64,000 nt of DNA, taken from contig CALNYG010000015.1 of assembly GCA_942490825.1 (NCBI GenBank), positions 24,073-88,072 on the forward strand, in the 5' to 3' direction. Made by a program: the position numbers and the translations under genes. The notes under the pieces are model-generated. The model was given only the letters and a program-made list of their open reading frames with translations. It made no database searches and had not been told where the DNA came from. Below, in pieces: positions 47,562-56,322 of this stretch (its first letter is position 1; each line of letters opens with the position of its first letter). Origin of the DNA: Candidatus Moraniibacteriota bacterium. GTDB taxonomy: Bacteria; Patescibacteriota; Minisyncoccia; Moranbacterales; GCA-2747515.

Positions 47562-50500
47562 ATGTTTTTTAAATTTAAAATTATGAAAAAGTTTAGTGAT
47601 CAGTTTACTAATCAATATTCTTTGAGTAAAACTTTGCGGTTTGAGTTGAAACCTCAGAATGATTTGGCTAAAAATCTAAAGGATGTTTTAGAAAGGAAGG
47701 AAAATATTAATGTTGATGATTTTTTAAATCGATTAAAAGATATCCAGAAATTTTTTTTGGAGATCTTTATTTCTAATCCCTGTTCTCATAAACAAAATGA
47801 TTTAGATTATTTAAGTTTAGAATTTGTAAAAAATAGAAAGGTAAAATATGGTTGGTTTAGAAATTATACAAAAAGTGATTTTTATGATTGGAAAGAAAAG
47901 AATAATAAAGATGGTAAAGATAAAGAATATGATCTTACTGAAATTGATTATTTACCAAAAGAATTTTTAAGATGGCTAAATGAGTGGCAAAGCTTAACTA
48001 GTCAATTTGAAGAATTTTTAGAAAAACCTGAAGAAAGTCAGAATAGACGAAGAGAAATGGCGTTTATTATTCGCAGTTTCTCAAAGAAAGAAAATTTTGA
48101 GTTTATTAGAGAATTTTCCTGGGCTGTTTGTAATACAAATAAAACTGAAATAGATAGTAGAATTCAGGAATTTGTTGATTTGATTAGTATCACTGAAATA
48201 GATTTAAAAAAATGTGAAAATCTTTATTTACCTTTTCAATCGGCAGGTTTAAAAATTGCCAAAGCTAGTTTCAATTATTTTACATTAAATAAAGATTCAA
48301 ATGAGTACGGAGATTTGGAAATAAATAAAACAAAATTATTAAAAGAAAGACCATCTCAGCGATTAGTAGGTGAGAAAATAGAGTGGTTTTATCGAGATGA
48401 AAACAATAAAATAATTTCATTATTTAGTTTGGATAAAATTTTTTTGGAAAAAATAAATGTAAATGATGATATCAAAAATGCAAATAATATAGAGTCTTTG
48501 TATTCTATGATAAAAAAATGGAAAGCAGAACAGAAATCTAAGTTTAATGAAGCTGTCGCTGGCGATAAATTGACGGTTTATAATTTCAGAAAAGAATTTC
48601 CTCTTTTTGACACTATAAATGAAAACTTTGAGAAATTTTATGAATTAACTAAAAAACTCGATTTTGATCCAGAAAGGGGAAAAGAAATAGCACAAGAACG
48701 AGGAGAATTTTTTAATGCACCTAAAAAAATAGTTCAAACTCAAAATTATAAAGATCTTTGTGAGCTTTATAAAAAAGTTGCTTTAGCAAGGGGGCAAATT
48801 TTAGCAGAAATAAGAGGTTTGGAATATGAAAAAGTGGATGCAAAATTATTAGCTTATTGGAGTTTGATTTTAAAAGAAGATAATAAAAAATATTTAGTTT
48901 TGATTCCTAGGAGTAGTGATGATAATCATAAAAAGGCTAGAAAATTTGTAGAGGGAGAATTTAAAAATTCTGGTGGAGAAATAACACTTTATCATTTTAA
49001 ATCTTTAACTTTAAGAGCTTTAGAAAAATTGTGTTTTAAAAAGTTTGGAAATACATTTAGACCAAAATTAGAAAAAGCTGGATTAAAATTCCCTCAGTAT
49101 AAAGAAAAGCTATATGAAAATGAGATAGAAATGATTAAATTTTATCAGAATGTTTTGCTTTATGAAAAAAATAAAATAGAAGAAGGGTCTTTGGATTTGA
49201 TAGATTTTGGAGATTTAAGTAAATTTTTAGATAATAATTTTGATGATTTAAAAAGTTTTGAGTCAGAACTTGAAAAATCTTGTTATGTAAAAATTCCATT
49301 AAATACTTCTATTAAACAGAAAAATGATTTTATAGAAAAATTTGATGCAAAAGTTTTTGAGATAACGACTCAAAGCATTGAAGGAAAGAAAAAAGAAAAT
49401 AGACATGTAGAAATTTGGAGAAGTTTTTGGAGTGATGAAAACAAAGAAGAAAATCATGTCACAAGACTTAATCCAGAAATGAGTATTTTTTATCGGGAGG
49501 CACTGGATAAGAGGGTAGGATTGAAAAATAGATATTCAGAGGAGCGATTTACTTTAGCAACAACTATTACACTTAATGCCACAAATAAAAAATCTAATTT
49601 AGCGTTCAAAACTACTCAAGATATAAAAGATCATATTGATGAGTTTAATGATGACTACAAAGTTGGCGGAGAATGGTTTTATGGAATTGATCGAGGATTA
49701 AAAGAATTAGCAACGTTAAATGTTGTAAAATTTAGTGGTGAAAAAAATGAGTTTGGATCTTCTCAGTCAAAGGAGTTTGCTAAAATTAAAATTTGGAAAA
49801 TAAAAGATTTAAACAAATCAAAAGTTTTTATTCAAGAAGACGGATATGAAGTGCCTAGAATTATTGGAAATAATCCCTCTTACTTTTTTACAGATGATGG
49901 AAAGCCTGATTCAAAATTTTTTGAGGACGATATTGTTTCTAGCATTGATTTAACTCAAGCGAAGTTAATAAAAGGACATATTATTTTAAATGGAGATTCA
50001 AAAACATATCTAAAACTAAAAGAGGTTTCCGCAAAGAGAAGAATCTTTGAATTATTTTCGACTTCGAGAATTGATAAAGATTCTGAAATAGAAATTTCTA
50101 AATCAAAACTAACAATTACAAAATTTGATATTTATTGGTTTACGTCTCAACAAAAAAGAGAAAATCAACAAACTAAAATAAAAGAGGAAATTAAAAAATC
50201 TTTAAAAGAATATTTGGAAGATCTTGATAATAAAAATAAATTTCAAGATATTGAAACTATTGAAAAGATAAATCATTTAAGGGATGCAATAACTGCAAAC
50301 ATGGTGGGAATTATTGCTCATTTACAAAAGGAATTAAAAGGTTTTATTGCTTTAGAGAATTTAGATACAATAAGAGACGGTCAAAAAGATAAAATGATTG
50401 ATGAACATTTTAGTCAAAGTAATGAGGATATTTCTCGGCGTTTAGAGTGGGCTTTGTATCGTAAATTTGCAAATACTGGAGATGTTCCACCGCAGATAAA

Positions 50501-50768
50501 GCAATCAATAATTTTACGTGATGATTTTAAAGTTGATCAAATGGGAATTATTAAGTTTGTAAAAGTTGGCGGAACTAGTTCTAATTGTCCTAATTGCAAA
50601 AAAGAGAGTGGTAAAACAAATGGACATTTTGTTTGTGAATACAAAGAAAATAATTGTGATTTTGATTCAAGAGAAAATAAAAATTTATTAGAAGAAAATT
50701 TAAGTAATTCAGATGAAGTCGCGGCTTACAATGTGGCAAAAAATGCTTTTGAAAAAATTTATGAATAA
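47562..50768 (+). CDS. cas12a: compact Cas12a(Cpf1)-like type V effector (1,068 aa; 1,061 aa from the alternative ATG at 47583)
   Basis: N-terminus 'FTNQYSLSKTLRFELKPQ'. WED/processing segment 'NRHVEIWRSFW...VTRLNPEMSIFYRE'. RuvC-I 'FYGIDRGLKELA' (D710, nt 49689-49691), RuvC-II 'GFIALENLD' (E932, nt 50355-50357), RuvC-III 'SDEVAAYNVAKNA' (D1051, nt 50712-50714). 'GGTSSNCPNC...' replaces the 'FTSKICPVTGF' region. Followed directly by a V-A type array. Confidence 0.85.
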   Translation: MFFKFKIMKKFSDQFTNQYSLSKTLRFELKPQNDLAKNLKDVLERKENINVDDFLNRLKDIQKFFLEIFISNPCSHKQNDLDYLSLEFVKNRKVKYGWFRNYTKSDFYDWKEKNNKDGKDKEYDLTEIDYLPKEFLRWLNEWQSLTSQFEEFLEKPEESQNRRREMAFIIRSFSKKENFEFIREFSWAVCNTNKTEIDSRIQEFVDLISITEIDLKKCENLYLPFQSAGLKIAKASFNYFTLNKDSNEYGDLEINKTKLLKERPSQRLVGEKIEWFYRDENNKIISLFSLDKIFLEKINVNDDIKNANNIESLYSMIKKWKAEQKSKFNEAVAGDKLTVYNFRKEFPLFDTINENFEKFYELTKKLDFDPERGKEIAQERGEFFNAPKKIVQTQNYKDLCELYKKVALARGQILAEIRGLEYEKVDAKLLAYWSLILKEDNKKYLVLIPRSSDDNHKKARKFVEGEFKNSGGEITLYHFKSLTLRALEKLCFKKFGNTFRPKLEKAGLKFPQYKEKLYENEIEMIKFYQNVLLYEKNKIEEGSLDLIDFGDLSKFLDNNFDDLKSFESELEKSCYVKIPLNTSIKQKNDFIEKFDAKVFEITTQSIEGKKKENRHVEIWRSFWSDENKEENHVTRLNPEMSIFYREALDKRVGLKNRYSEERFTLATTITLNATNKKSNLAFKTTQDIKDHIDEFNDDYKVGGEWFYGIDRGLKELATLNVVKFSGEKNEFGSSQSKEFAKIKIWKIKDLNKSKVFIQEDGYEVPRIIGNNPSYFFTDDGKPDSKFFEDDIVSSIDLTQAKLIKGHIILNGDSKTYLKLKEVSAKRRIFELFSTSRIDKDSEIEISKSKLTITKFDIYWFTSQQKRENQQTKIKEEIKKSLKEYLEDLDNKNKFQDIETIEKINHLRDAITANMVGIIAHLQKELKGFIALENLDTIRDGQKDKMIDEHFSQSNEDISRRLEWALYRKFANTGDVPPQIKQSIILRDDFKVDQMGIIKFVKVGGTSSNCPNCKKESGKTNGHFVCEYKENNCDFDSRENKNLLEENLSNSDEVAAYNVAKNAFEKIYE

Positions 50769-50780
50769 AAAATTAATGTA

Positions 50781-50808
50781 TTGCAAAATATTTTAACTGG
50801 GGTAGAAT
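50781..50808 (+). promoter_or_regulatory. candidate CRISPR array promoter
   Basis: TTGCAA, 16-nt spacer, TAGAAT. The predicted start near 50815 is about 11 nt upstream of the first crRNA handle. Confidence 0.5.
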
Positions 50809-51092
50809 TGAAGTATGATGAATAAGATTTCTACTTTTGTAGATGAATGAGTTTTAATACTTCTCACGAGCTCAAACCGACCTATAAGATTTCTACTTTT
50901 GTAGATTGGATGTATGGCTAGGATTATGGCTTCTTAAACCAACCTATAAATTTCTACTTTTGTAGATATTACTTGGCATCCTATTTCGTATTCCTCAAAC
51001 CGATCTATAAGATTTCTACTTTTGTAGATGGGAACCATTCGGAGCCCTACGTATAACTCAAACTGACCTATAAGATTTCTACTTTTGTAAAA
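50809..51092 (+). CRISPR. type V-A CRISPR array: 5 repeats (35-36 nt), 4 spacers (26-27 nt)
   Basis: Repeats end at 50844, 50906, 50967, 51029 and 51092, a period of 61-63 nt. Consensus CTCAAACCGACCTATAAGATTTCTACTTTTGTAGAT with stem TCTAC/GTAGA. Spacers are at 50845-50870, 50907-50932, 50968-50993 and 51030-51056. The first repeat is conserved only over its 3' 23 nt, and the last ends GTAAAA. Confidence 0.92.
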
Positions 51093-51112
51093 AAGTTTTA
51101 ATAAGCTTATTC

Positions 51113-51272
51113 ATGTCATTTCCAGCTGAAGCCTGCCTGTTGTACAGCAGACAGGCGTAGCAAAAGGTAAGGGAATTTAGGATGATTAAGTCAGAAGTTT
51201 AATAATGAACTTTAGTTTACAAAATAACTTAGAGTTTAATTATCCTGGATCCCCGTCTTCACGGGAATGACA
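51113..51272 (+). mobile_element. MITE-like element family F, copy 2 (160 bp) with nested family E palindrome
   Basis: ATGTCATTTCC...GGGAATGACAC termini homologous to 23061-23197. Internal GCCTGCCTGTTGTACAGCAGACAGGC at 51131-51156. Starts 20 nt after the last CRISPR repeat. Confidence 0.7.
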
Positions 51273-51336
51273 CAATAATAAAAAATTTATTAAAATAGCA
51301 TAACAAAAAACGCAGTAACAAACCGCGTTTTTTTCT

Positions 51337-53417
51337 TTACTCCAAATGCTTAACACCCTCAAATTCAGAAATGATCTTTTTCAATTCAGGAAATTTATCC
51401 AATTTAGAATCCTGTTGTAAAATCTCTTTAGCTTTTTCACGAGCAATCGTAACCAATTTAACATTTGTAATATTCCTCATCGCACCATCAGACAAACCAC
51501 TCTGACGGCGACCAATAAACTCACCTGGACCTCGTAACTCTAAATCAATATTAGCCAATTTAAAACCATCACTATATTTTTCCATCGCCTGCAAGCGTTC
51601 ATTGTGTCCATGTTCACTAAACAAAAAACAATAAGATTGATGGTCACCACGACCAACTCTACCCCTAAATTGATGAAGTTGAGAAAGACCAAAACGTTCC
51701 GCATTCTCAATAATCATGATGGTTGCATTCGGCACATCAACACCAACTTCAATCACCGAAGTGGAAATTAAAATATCAATTTTCTTATTTTTAAAATTAC
51801 GCATCAATTCTTCTTTCTCTTTCGATTTCAATCTTCCGTGCAGTAATCCTAATTTTAGCTCAGGAAAAACTTCTTTTTGCAATCTTTCGTGTTCGGTGAC
51901 AGCAGCTTTAACTCTTTTATCGCTTCAGATTCTTCAACTAAAGGCAAAATAATGTAAGCTTGTCGTCCAGTCTTAACTTCTTTTTTTATAAAATCGTAAA
52001 CAACTTTTTGATTTTTTGAAAAAACTGTTTGAGTTTTAATTTCTTTTCGGTTCATCGGTTTTTCATCTAAAACAGAAACATCTAAATCTCCAAAAAGAGC
52101 TAAAGCAAAAGTTCGAGGAATTGGAGTAGCGGTCATAGTTAATAAATGCGGAGTTAATATTTTTTTATTACCATCATTTTTATGGGTGATGGCAGCTCGT
52201 TGAGCGATACCAAAACGATGTTGTTCATCTACAACAACTAAACCTAAATCTTTAAATTTTATATCTTCTTGAATTAAAGCATGAGTTCCAATAATTAAAT
52301 TTAATTTTTTATTTTCAATTAATTCTAACATTTTCGGTCGTGTAGTTTTATTTACTAAGGCAGGGTGCGATCCGTACATTTTATAAGAGCCAGTTAAAAG
52401 TCCAATTTCAAAATCATAATCTTTGAAAAATTCTAAAAAAGTATTAAAATGTTGAGTGGCTAAAACTTCGGTCGGAGCTAGAATGGCAACTTTAAAATTC
52501 TTATCAATACATTGAAGAGCGGCAATGGCAGCGACTAAAGTTTTTCCAGCACCAACATCACCGTTGAGCAATCTATTCATCGGAGTAGCTTTTTCTAAAT
52601 CGATTAAAATTTGAAAAGAACTTTTTCGTTGTGCATTGGTTGGCTCGAAGGGTAATTTTTCAATAAATTTTTGAATCAACTTTTTATCTAATTTTATTTC
52701 GGGAGATTTTTGTTCAGAATAATTTAAGCGAATCATTAAAGCGGTGAGTTGTAAAATAAACATTTCTTCGAAAGCAAATTTTTTCTGTGCTAAGATTACT
52801 TCCATTTTACTTTTGGGGAAATGAATCATTTGTAAAGCAGTTTTTAAATTTGGTAGATGTAGTTCCTCTAAAATTGATTGGGGGATAGGATCCGGCAGGT
52901 CAATTTCTTTGCTTAATATTTCTTGAATTTGCCATCGAATCCATTTTGAAGTTAAACCATATGTCTCAGGGTAAATAGGTACGAGACGTCCTGTATTTGT
53001 GGGTGTGCGACCAGCTCGTTCTATTTCAGGTGCAACAAAAGACATCTCATCGTTTTTATATTGAACTTTGCCACTAATACGAACTTCAGTATTAACTGGA
53101 AAAGATTGACCGATATATTTTTGATTAAACCAGATTATTTTTATTATTCCTGATTCATCTTCGACAATTGCTTCGGTTAATAACATTCCTCTGTTGCGAG
53201 TGCGAATGGTTTTTATATCGGCAATAGTTCCAATGATGGTTGATTCAGTATCGAGTTGGAGTTGGTTGATTTTATATAATTTAGAATAGTCTTCGTAGCG
53301 AGTGGGGAGGTGATAAAGAAAATCTTTGACAGTAAATAAATTTAATTTAACTAATCTTTTTAGATAGTTTTCTTGGACTCGGGGTAAATCTTCTAATTTT
53401 GTGTTTAAAGTTATCAT
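51337..53417 (-). pseudogene. recG: ATP-dependent DNA helicase RecG, split by a 1-nt frameshift
   Basis: N-terminal ORF has the wedge/OB domain, 'GDVGAGKT' and 'VVDEQHRFG'. The C-terminal ORF has 'LLHGRLKSKEKE' and 'QLHQFRGRVGRG'. The frames switch at 'KEL|KAAV', an AAA run at 51907-51909. Confidence 0.85.
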
Positions 53418-53513
53418 TTGTGAATGTTATTTTTTTGTTATTTTTATTATACACTGGAATAGATTTTTAGATAGATAGATGCGTAGATATTTGGATTTAT
53501 AAAATGGTAGATT

Positions 53514-53540
53514 TGTAGAGACATTGCAATGCAATGTCTT
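53514..53540. repeat. palindromic repeat family G, copy 3
   Basis: TGTAGAGACATTGCAaTGCAATGTCTT. Confidence 0.75.
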
Positions 53541-53577
53541 AGGAATATTTGAATATATTAAAGTACAATGTTCTTTC

Positions 53578-53622
53578 GGGATCCTGAATAAATTATTTTC
53601 AAAAATTTTTTAGGATGACATG
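53578..53622 (+). repeat. repeat family B-like variant
   Basis: GGGATCCTGAATAAATTATTTTC...TTTTAGGATGACATG, the same layout as family B with CCTGA/TAGGA arms. Confidence 0.5.
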
Positions 53623-53785
53623 AGAAGGTTCGTGAAAACTTATATATAGGCATCACACCATGAAACCGCACTTTTTATAATTACATATCATTTCGAAAGA
53701 TATTTTTTATTTAAAAGCTTGCATGTTGCACGGCAGAAAGGTTAATTTATCTGGAATTTCAATAAGTTTTTCTGATATTTAACAA

Positions 53786-53840
53786 GATTCCGGATAAACA
53801 ATTTTTCCGCTCCGCTACAAAATTATTTTCCGGAATGACA
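53786..53840 (+). repeat. repeat family B, copy 2
   Basis: GATTCCGGATAAAcaatttttccgctccgctacaaaattaTTTTCCGGAATGACA. Confidence 0.7.
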
Positions 53841-54034
53841 TGGTTTGTGTGGTTTGTTAATGTTATGTCTATAGTGAAGAATTCTAATAATACCATTTCC
53901 AAATAACTATTACTCATTCAAATATTTTTAATGTTAGATTTTAAATATATTAGAAAGCGAAATTAATTTATTTAATGGGTAGTGGTTAATTAAAAAAGGT
54001 ATAAGTTTTTTTGGTATTTTAAATTTATAGTTTT

Positions 54035-54132
54035 GTGATTTTCTGTAGGGGGTTCCTGTCTGCCGACAGGCAGGCTTCACTGCGTAAATTTATTATACCT
54101 GTCTGCCGACAAGGACAGGTTCAGAATGACAG
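54035..54132 (+). repeat. repeat family A, copy 6, carrying two nested family E palindromes
   Basis: gtgattttctgtaggggg[tt CCTGTCTGCCGACAGGCAGG]CTTCACtgcgtaaatttattata[CCTGTCTGCCGACAAGGACAGG]TTCAGAATGACAG. The E copies are at 54055-54074 and 54098-54119. Confidence 0.75.
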
Positions 54133-54141
54133 ATGATGTGT

Positions 54142-54169
54142 GTAGGGAACGCACATGTGCGTTCCCTAC
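54142..54169. repeat. 28-nt perfect palindrome, family C, copy 2
   Basis: GTAGGGAACGCACATGTGCGTTCCCTAC, identical to 11547-11574. Confidence 0.85.
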
Positions 54170-54236
54170 GGAAAGATGTGTAAAAATTAGATGACAGAAA
54201 ATTTTTATAATTTTGAGAAATGTTGAATGGTGAAAA

Positions 54237-54254
54237 GCCCGTGCGGCGAGCACT
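54237..54254 (+). repeat. repeat family D core, copy 9
   Basis: ttgaatggtgaaaaGCCCGTGCGGCGAGCACT, the same extended context as 11626-11656. Confidence 0.85.
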
Positions 54255-54271
54255 TTTTATTTTTTTGGAAA

Positions 54272-54300
54272 AGCAAAAAGCCTCGGACATTGCCGAGACT
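54272..54300 (-). terminator. rho-independent terminator of the 54362..55081 gene
   Basis: The minus strand reads CTCGG-caatgt-CCGAG followed by GCTTTTTGCTTTT. Confidence 0.5.
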
Positions 54301-54361
54301 CTTGCGTTAAAAGAACGAAGGTGTTTTTTTTGTTTTTGTGAATAATCAAAATGATTATAGA

Positions 54362-55081
54362 TTACAAACCGGAAACATGATTCGCATAGCTATTCAAGTT
54401 TTGAAGTTGATAATCATTTAATGAGTTAGCTGAATTGATAGCTGAACTGATTGAATTATTTGAGAAACTAACTGAAGTTCCTGGAGTAACTGTTTTATTC
54501 AAAACGTTCTTTTGTAAAGTGTCTTCAATATATATTTTGTGAGCCGGTGTTAAATTTTCTACGTTATTTTCTGAAATATATTGAGCTGTAGCTTTACGAG
54601 CCAAGTGAGTCAAACTTTCTCCATAATCTGCTGTTACCGTGATCGCTCCATCTTTTTGCTGATTATCATTGCTGATCTCAACTTTTGTAGTAGATGGTCC
54701 CTTACCTGTATTTATGTTTTCTGGAGATTCATTAGTTGGAGATGTTGTTTCTTCGCTTTGAGCATCTTTTGAATTAGCATCTGTTGATTCAGAATTTGTT
54801 GATTCAGTGTTAGCTGAGTTAGCATCTGTTGATTCAGTTTTAACTGAATTAGTAGTTGCTGCTTCAGAAATTGAATCATTGCCTTTTGAATCAGTTGGTA
54901 TTTCATCAATGACTTCTTCTTGTTGGTCTTTATCGTCTACAATTGTTTCTTTAGTATTTGATTTCTTTGAATAAGAATAAATCAAGAAAAATAATATAAA
55001 AAGAGCAATTGCGATAATGATGATAGCTTGCAAATTATCTTGCATCCAATTTGAGAATTTTTTACCTTTACTTTCTTCCAT
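54362..55081 (-). CDS. N-terminally anchored hypothetical protein with low-complexity Ser/Thr/Asn/Asp linker
   Basis: TM 'IIIAIALFILFFLIY', repeats 'TESTDANSANTESTNSESTDANS', and a C-terminal globular region. Confidence 0.5.
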   Translation of the reverse strand: MEESKGKKFSNWMQDNLQAIIIIAIALFILFFLIYSYSKKSNTKETIVDDKDQQEEVIDEIPTDSKGNDSISEAATTNSVKTESTDANSANTESTNSESTDANSKDAQSEETTSPTNESPENINTGKGPSTTKVEISNDNQQKDGAITVTADYGESLTHLARKATAQYISENNVENLTPAHKIYIEDTLQKNVLNKTVTPGTSVSFSNNSISSAINSANSLNDYQLQNLNSYANHVSGL

Positions 55082-55284
55082 TACATCTTCACCTTCCTTT
55101 CTAGTTTAAAATTGTTAAAATTGCTTACGTTGAAGCTATCCGTTTTGCAACGGGAACAAACTGTTGTTATTGTACATTTTTATTGAAAGTAAATCAATAT
55201 GGACAAAACAGTGTTTTTTTGGTTTAATTCGGTTATGAACTCTTTGTTTTATTAGGTTTTTTAATTTTTTTACAAAACTATTCT

Positions 55285-55773
55285 ATGGATTTTACTCTGA
55301 TTTTAATTTTGATATTAGTTATAATTATTTTTATTATTGGATTGATTGGAATTATTAGTCCTGTTATTCCTAGTTTGCCAGTGATTTGGGTGGGGATTTT
55401 AATTTATGCTTTTTTTGATAATTTTCAAACGATTAGTTTTAATTTTGTAATTATTACAGCGATAATTGCCGTGGTGGGAATGTTATTGGATTTTGTGTCT
55501 AATATTTTAGGTGTGAAATTTTTTGGATCAAGTTGGTACGGTGTGGTGGGCTCTGCTGTGGGAGGAATTATTGGAATTATTATTTTTCAAATTATTGGAA
55601 TGATTATTGGAACTTTTATTGGTGCTTTTATGGGTGAATATTTTTTGCATAAAGATAGTAAGAAATCGTTCAAGGCGGGACTTGGATCTTTTATTGGTTT
55701 TATTTTTGGCATCGTTACAAAAATTGTTTTATCTTTAGCGATGATTGGATGGTTTTTTATTTCTTTGTTTTAG
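55285..55773 (+). CDS. small polytopic membrane protein (DUF456-like)
   Basis: 162 aa, four Gly/Ile-rich TM helices. Confidence 0.5.
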   Translation: MDFTLILILILVIIIFIIGLIGIISPVIPSLPVIWVGILIYAFFDNFQTISFNFVIITAIIAVVGMLLDFVSNILGVKFFGSSWYGVVGSAVGGIIGIIIFQIIGMIIGTFIGAFMGEYFLHKDSKKSFKAGLGSFIGFIFGIVTKIVLSLAMIGWFFISLF

Positions 55774-55838
55774 GAAAAAATTTTAAATTAGTAATTGAAT
55801 TTTAAATTTGTAAATTTATAATTTTAGTTTAAAAAGAT

Positions 55839-55876
55839 CTTGCGGCGAGCCTGTCTGTTCGGCAGACAGGCACAAT
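55839..55876 (+). repeat. family D copy interrupted by a family E palindrome
   Basis: CTTGCGGCGAG[CCTGTCTGTTCGGCAGACAGG]CACAAT. Confidence 0.75.
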
Positions 55877-56109
55877 AAAATTTATAAAATATTTTTTTAA
55901 TGTTAAAAATTTTCTTGTTGATAAAAATAATTTTATATTTTTTTATTTATAAATTTTTGTAATTTTTAATATTTTTCTTAATTAATTTGAATGCAGGCTT
56001 TAAAAAATTTTTTATCACAAAAATAAATTAATATTTTAAAATATATTTTAGTAGATAAAATAACTAATAATACCGTTTTCAATTAACATCTCCTCATTCT
56101 TAAATATTT

Positions 56110-56132
56110 ATTTGTGACAAAGTATCACAAAT
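56110..56132. promoter_or_regulatory. inverted repeat, candidate operator/promoter-overlapping site
   Basis: ATTTGTGAcaaagtaTCACAAAT. TTGTGA, a 17-nt spacer and TGt-TAATTA could also form a + strand promoter. Confidence 0.3.
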
Positions 56133-56155
56133 GTTAATTATTAAAAATAATCACT

Positions 56156-56322
56156 GAGGAATAATTATTTAGAAATGATATTAGAAGTATTAGAAATGAA
56201 TTAAAAAACTTAGTAGACAGGGCTTCGAACTCTGTTTGTACAGGGGTCGAATCCCTGTCTGCGAAAAAACAATTAGTTATATCAGAACTAGTAAATTCCT
56301 CTATAATTTTTATTTTATTTTT
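56156..56322. repeat. structured element J, copy 2 (core 56213-56262)
   Basis: Collinear with 1125-1292. The closing helix is changed to GAGGAAT.. / ..ATTCCTC, and the 50-nt core length is conserved. A 5' fragment of a further copy lies at 56362-56386. Confidence 0.6.

Noticed and set aside
44524-53417. cas1/cas2/cas4 or a tracrRNA/anti-repeat near cas12a
   Set aside because: All flanking ORFs are identifiable housekeeping genes. I found no reverse-complement copy of the repeat outside the array, and V-A systems do not need a tracrRNA.
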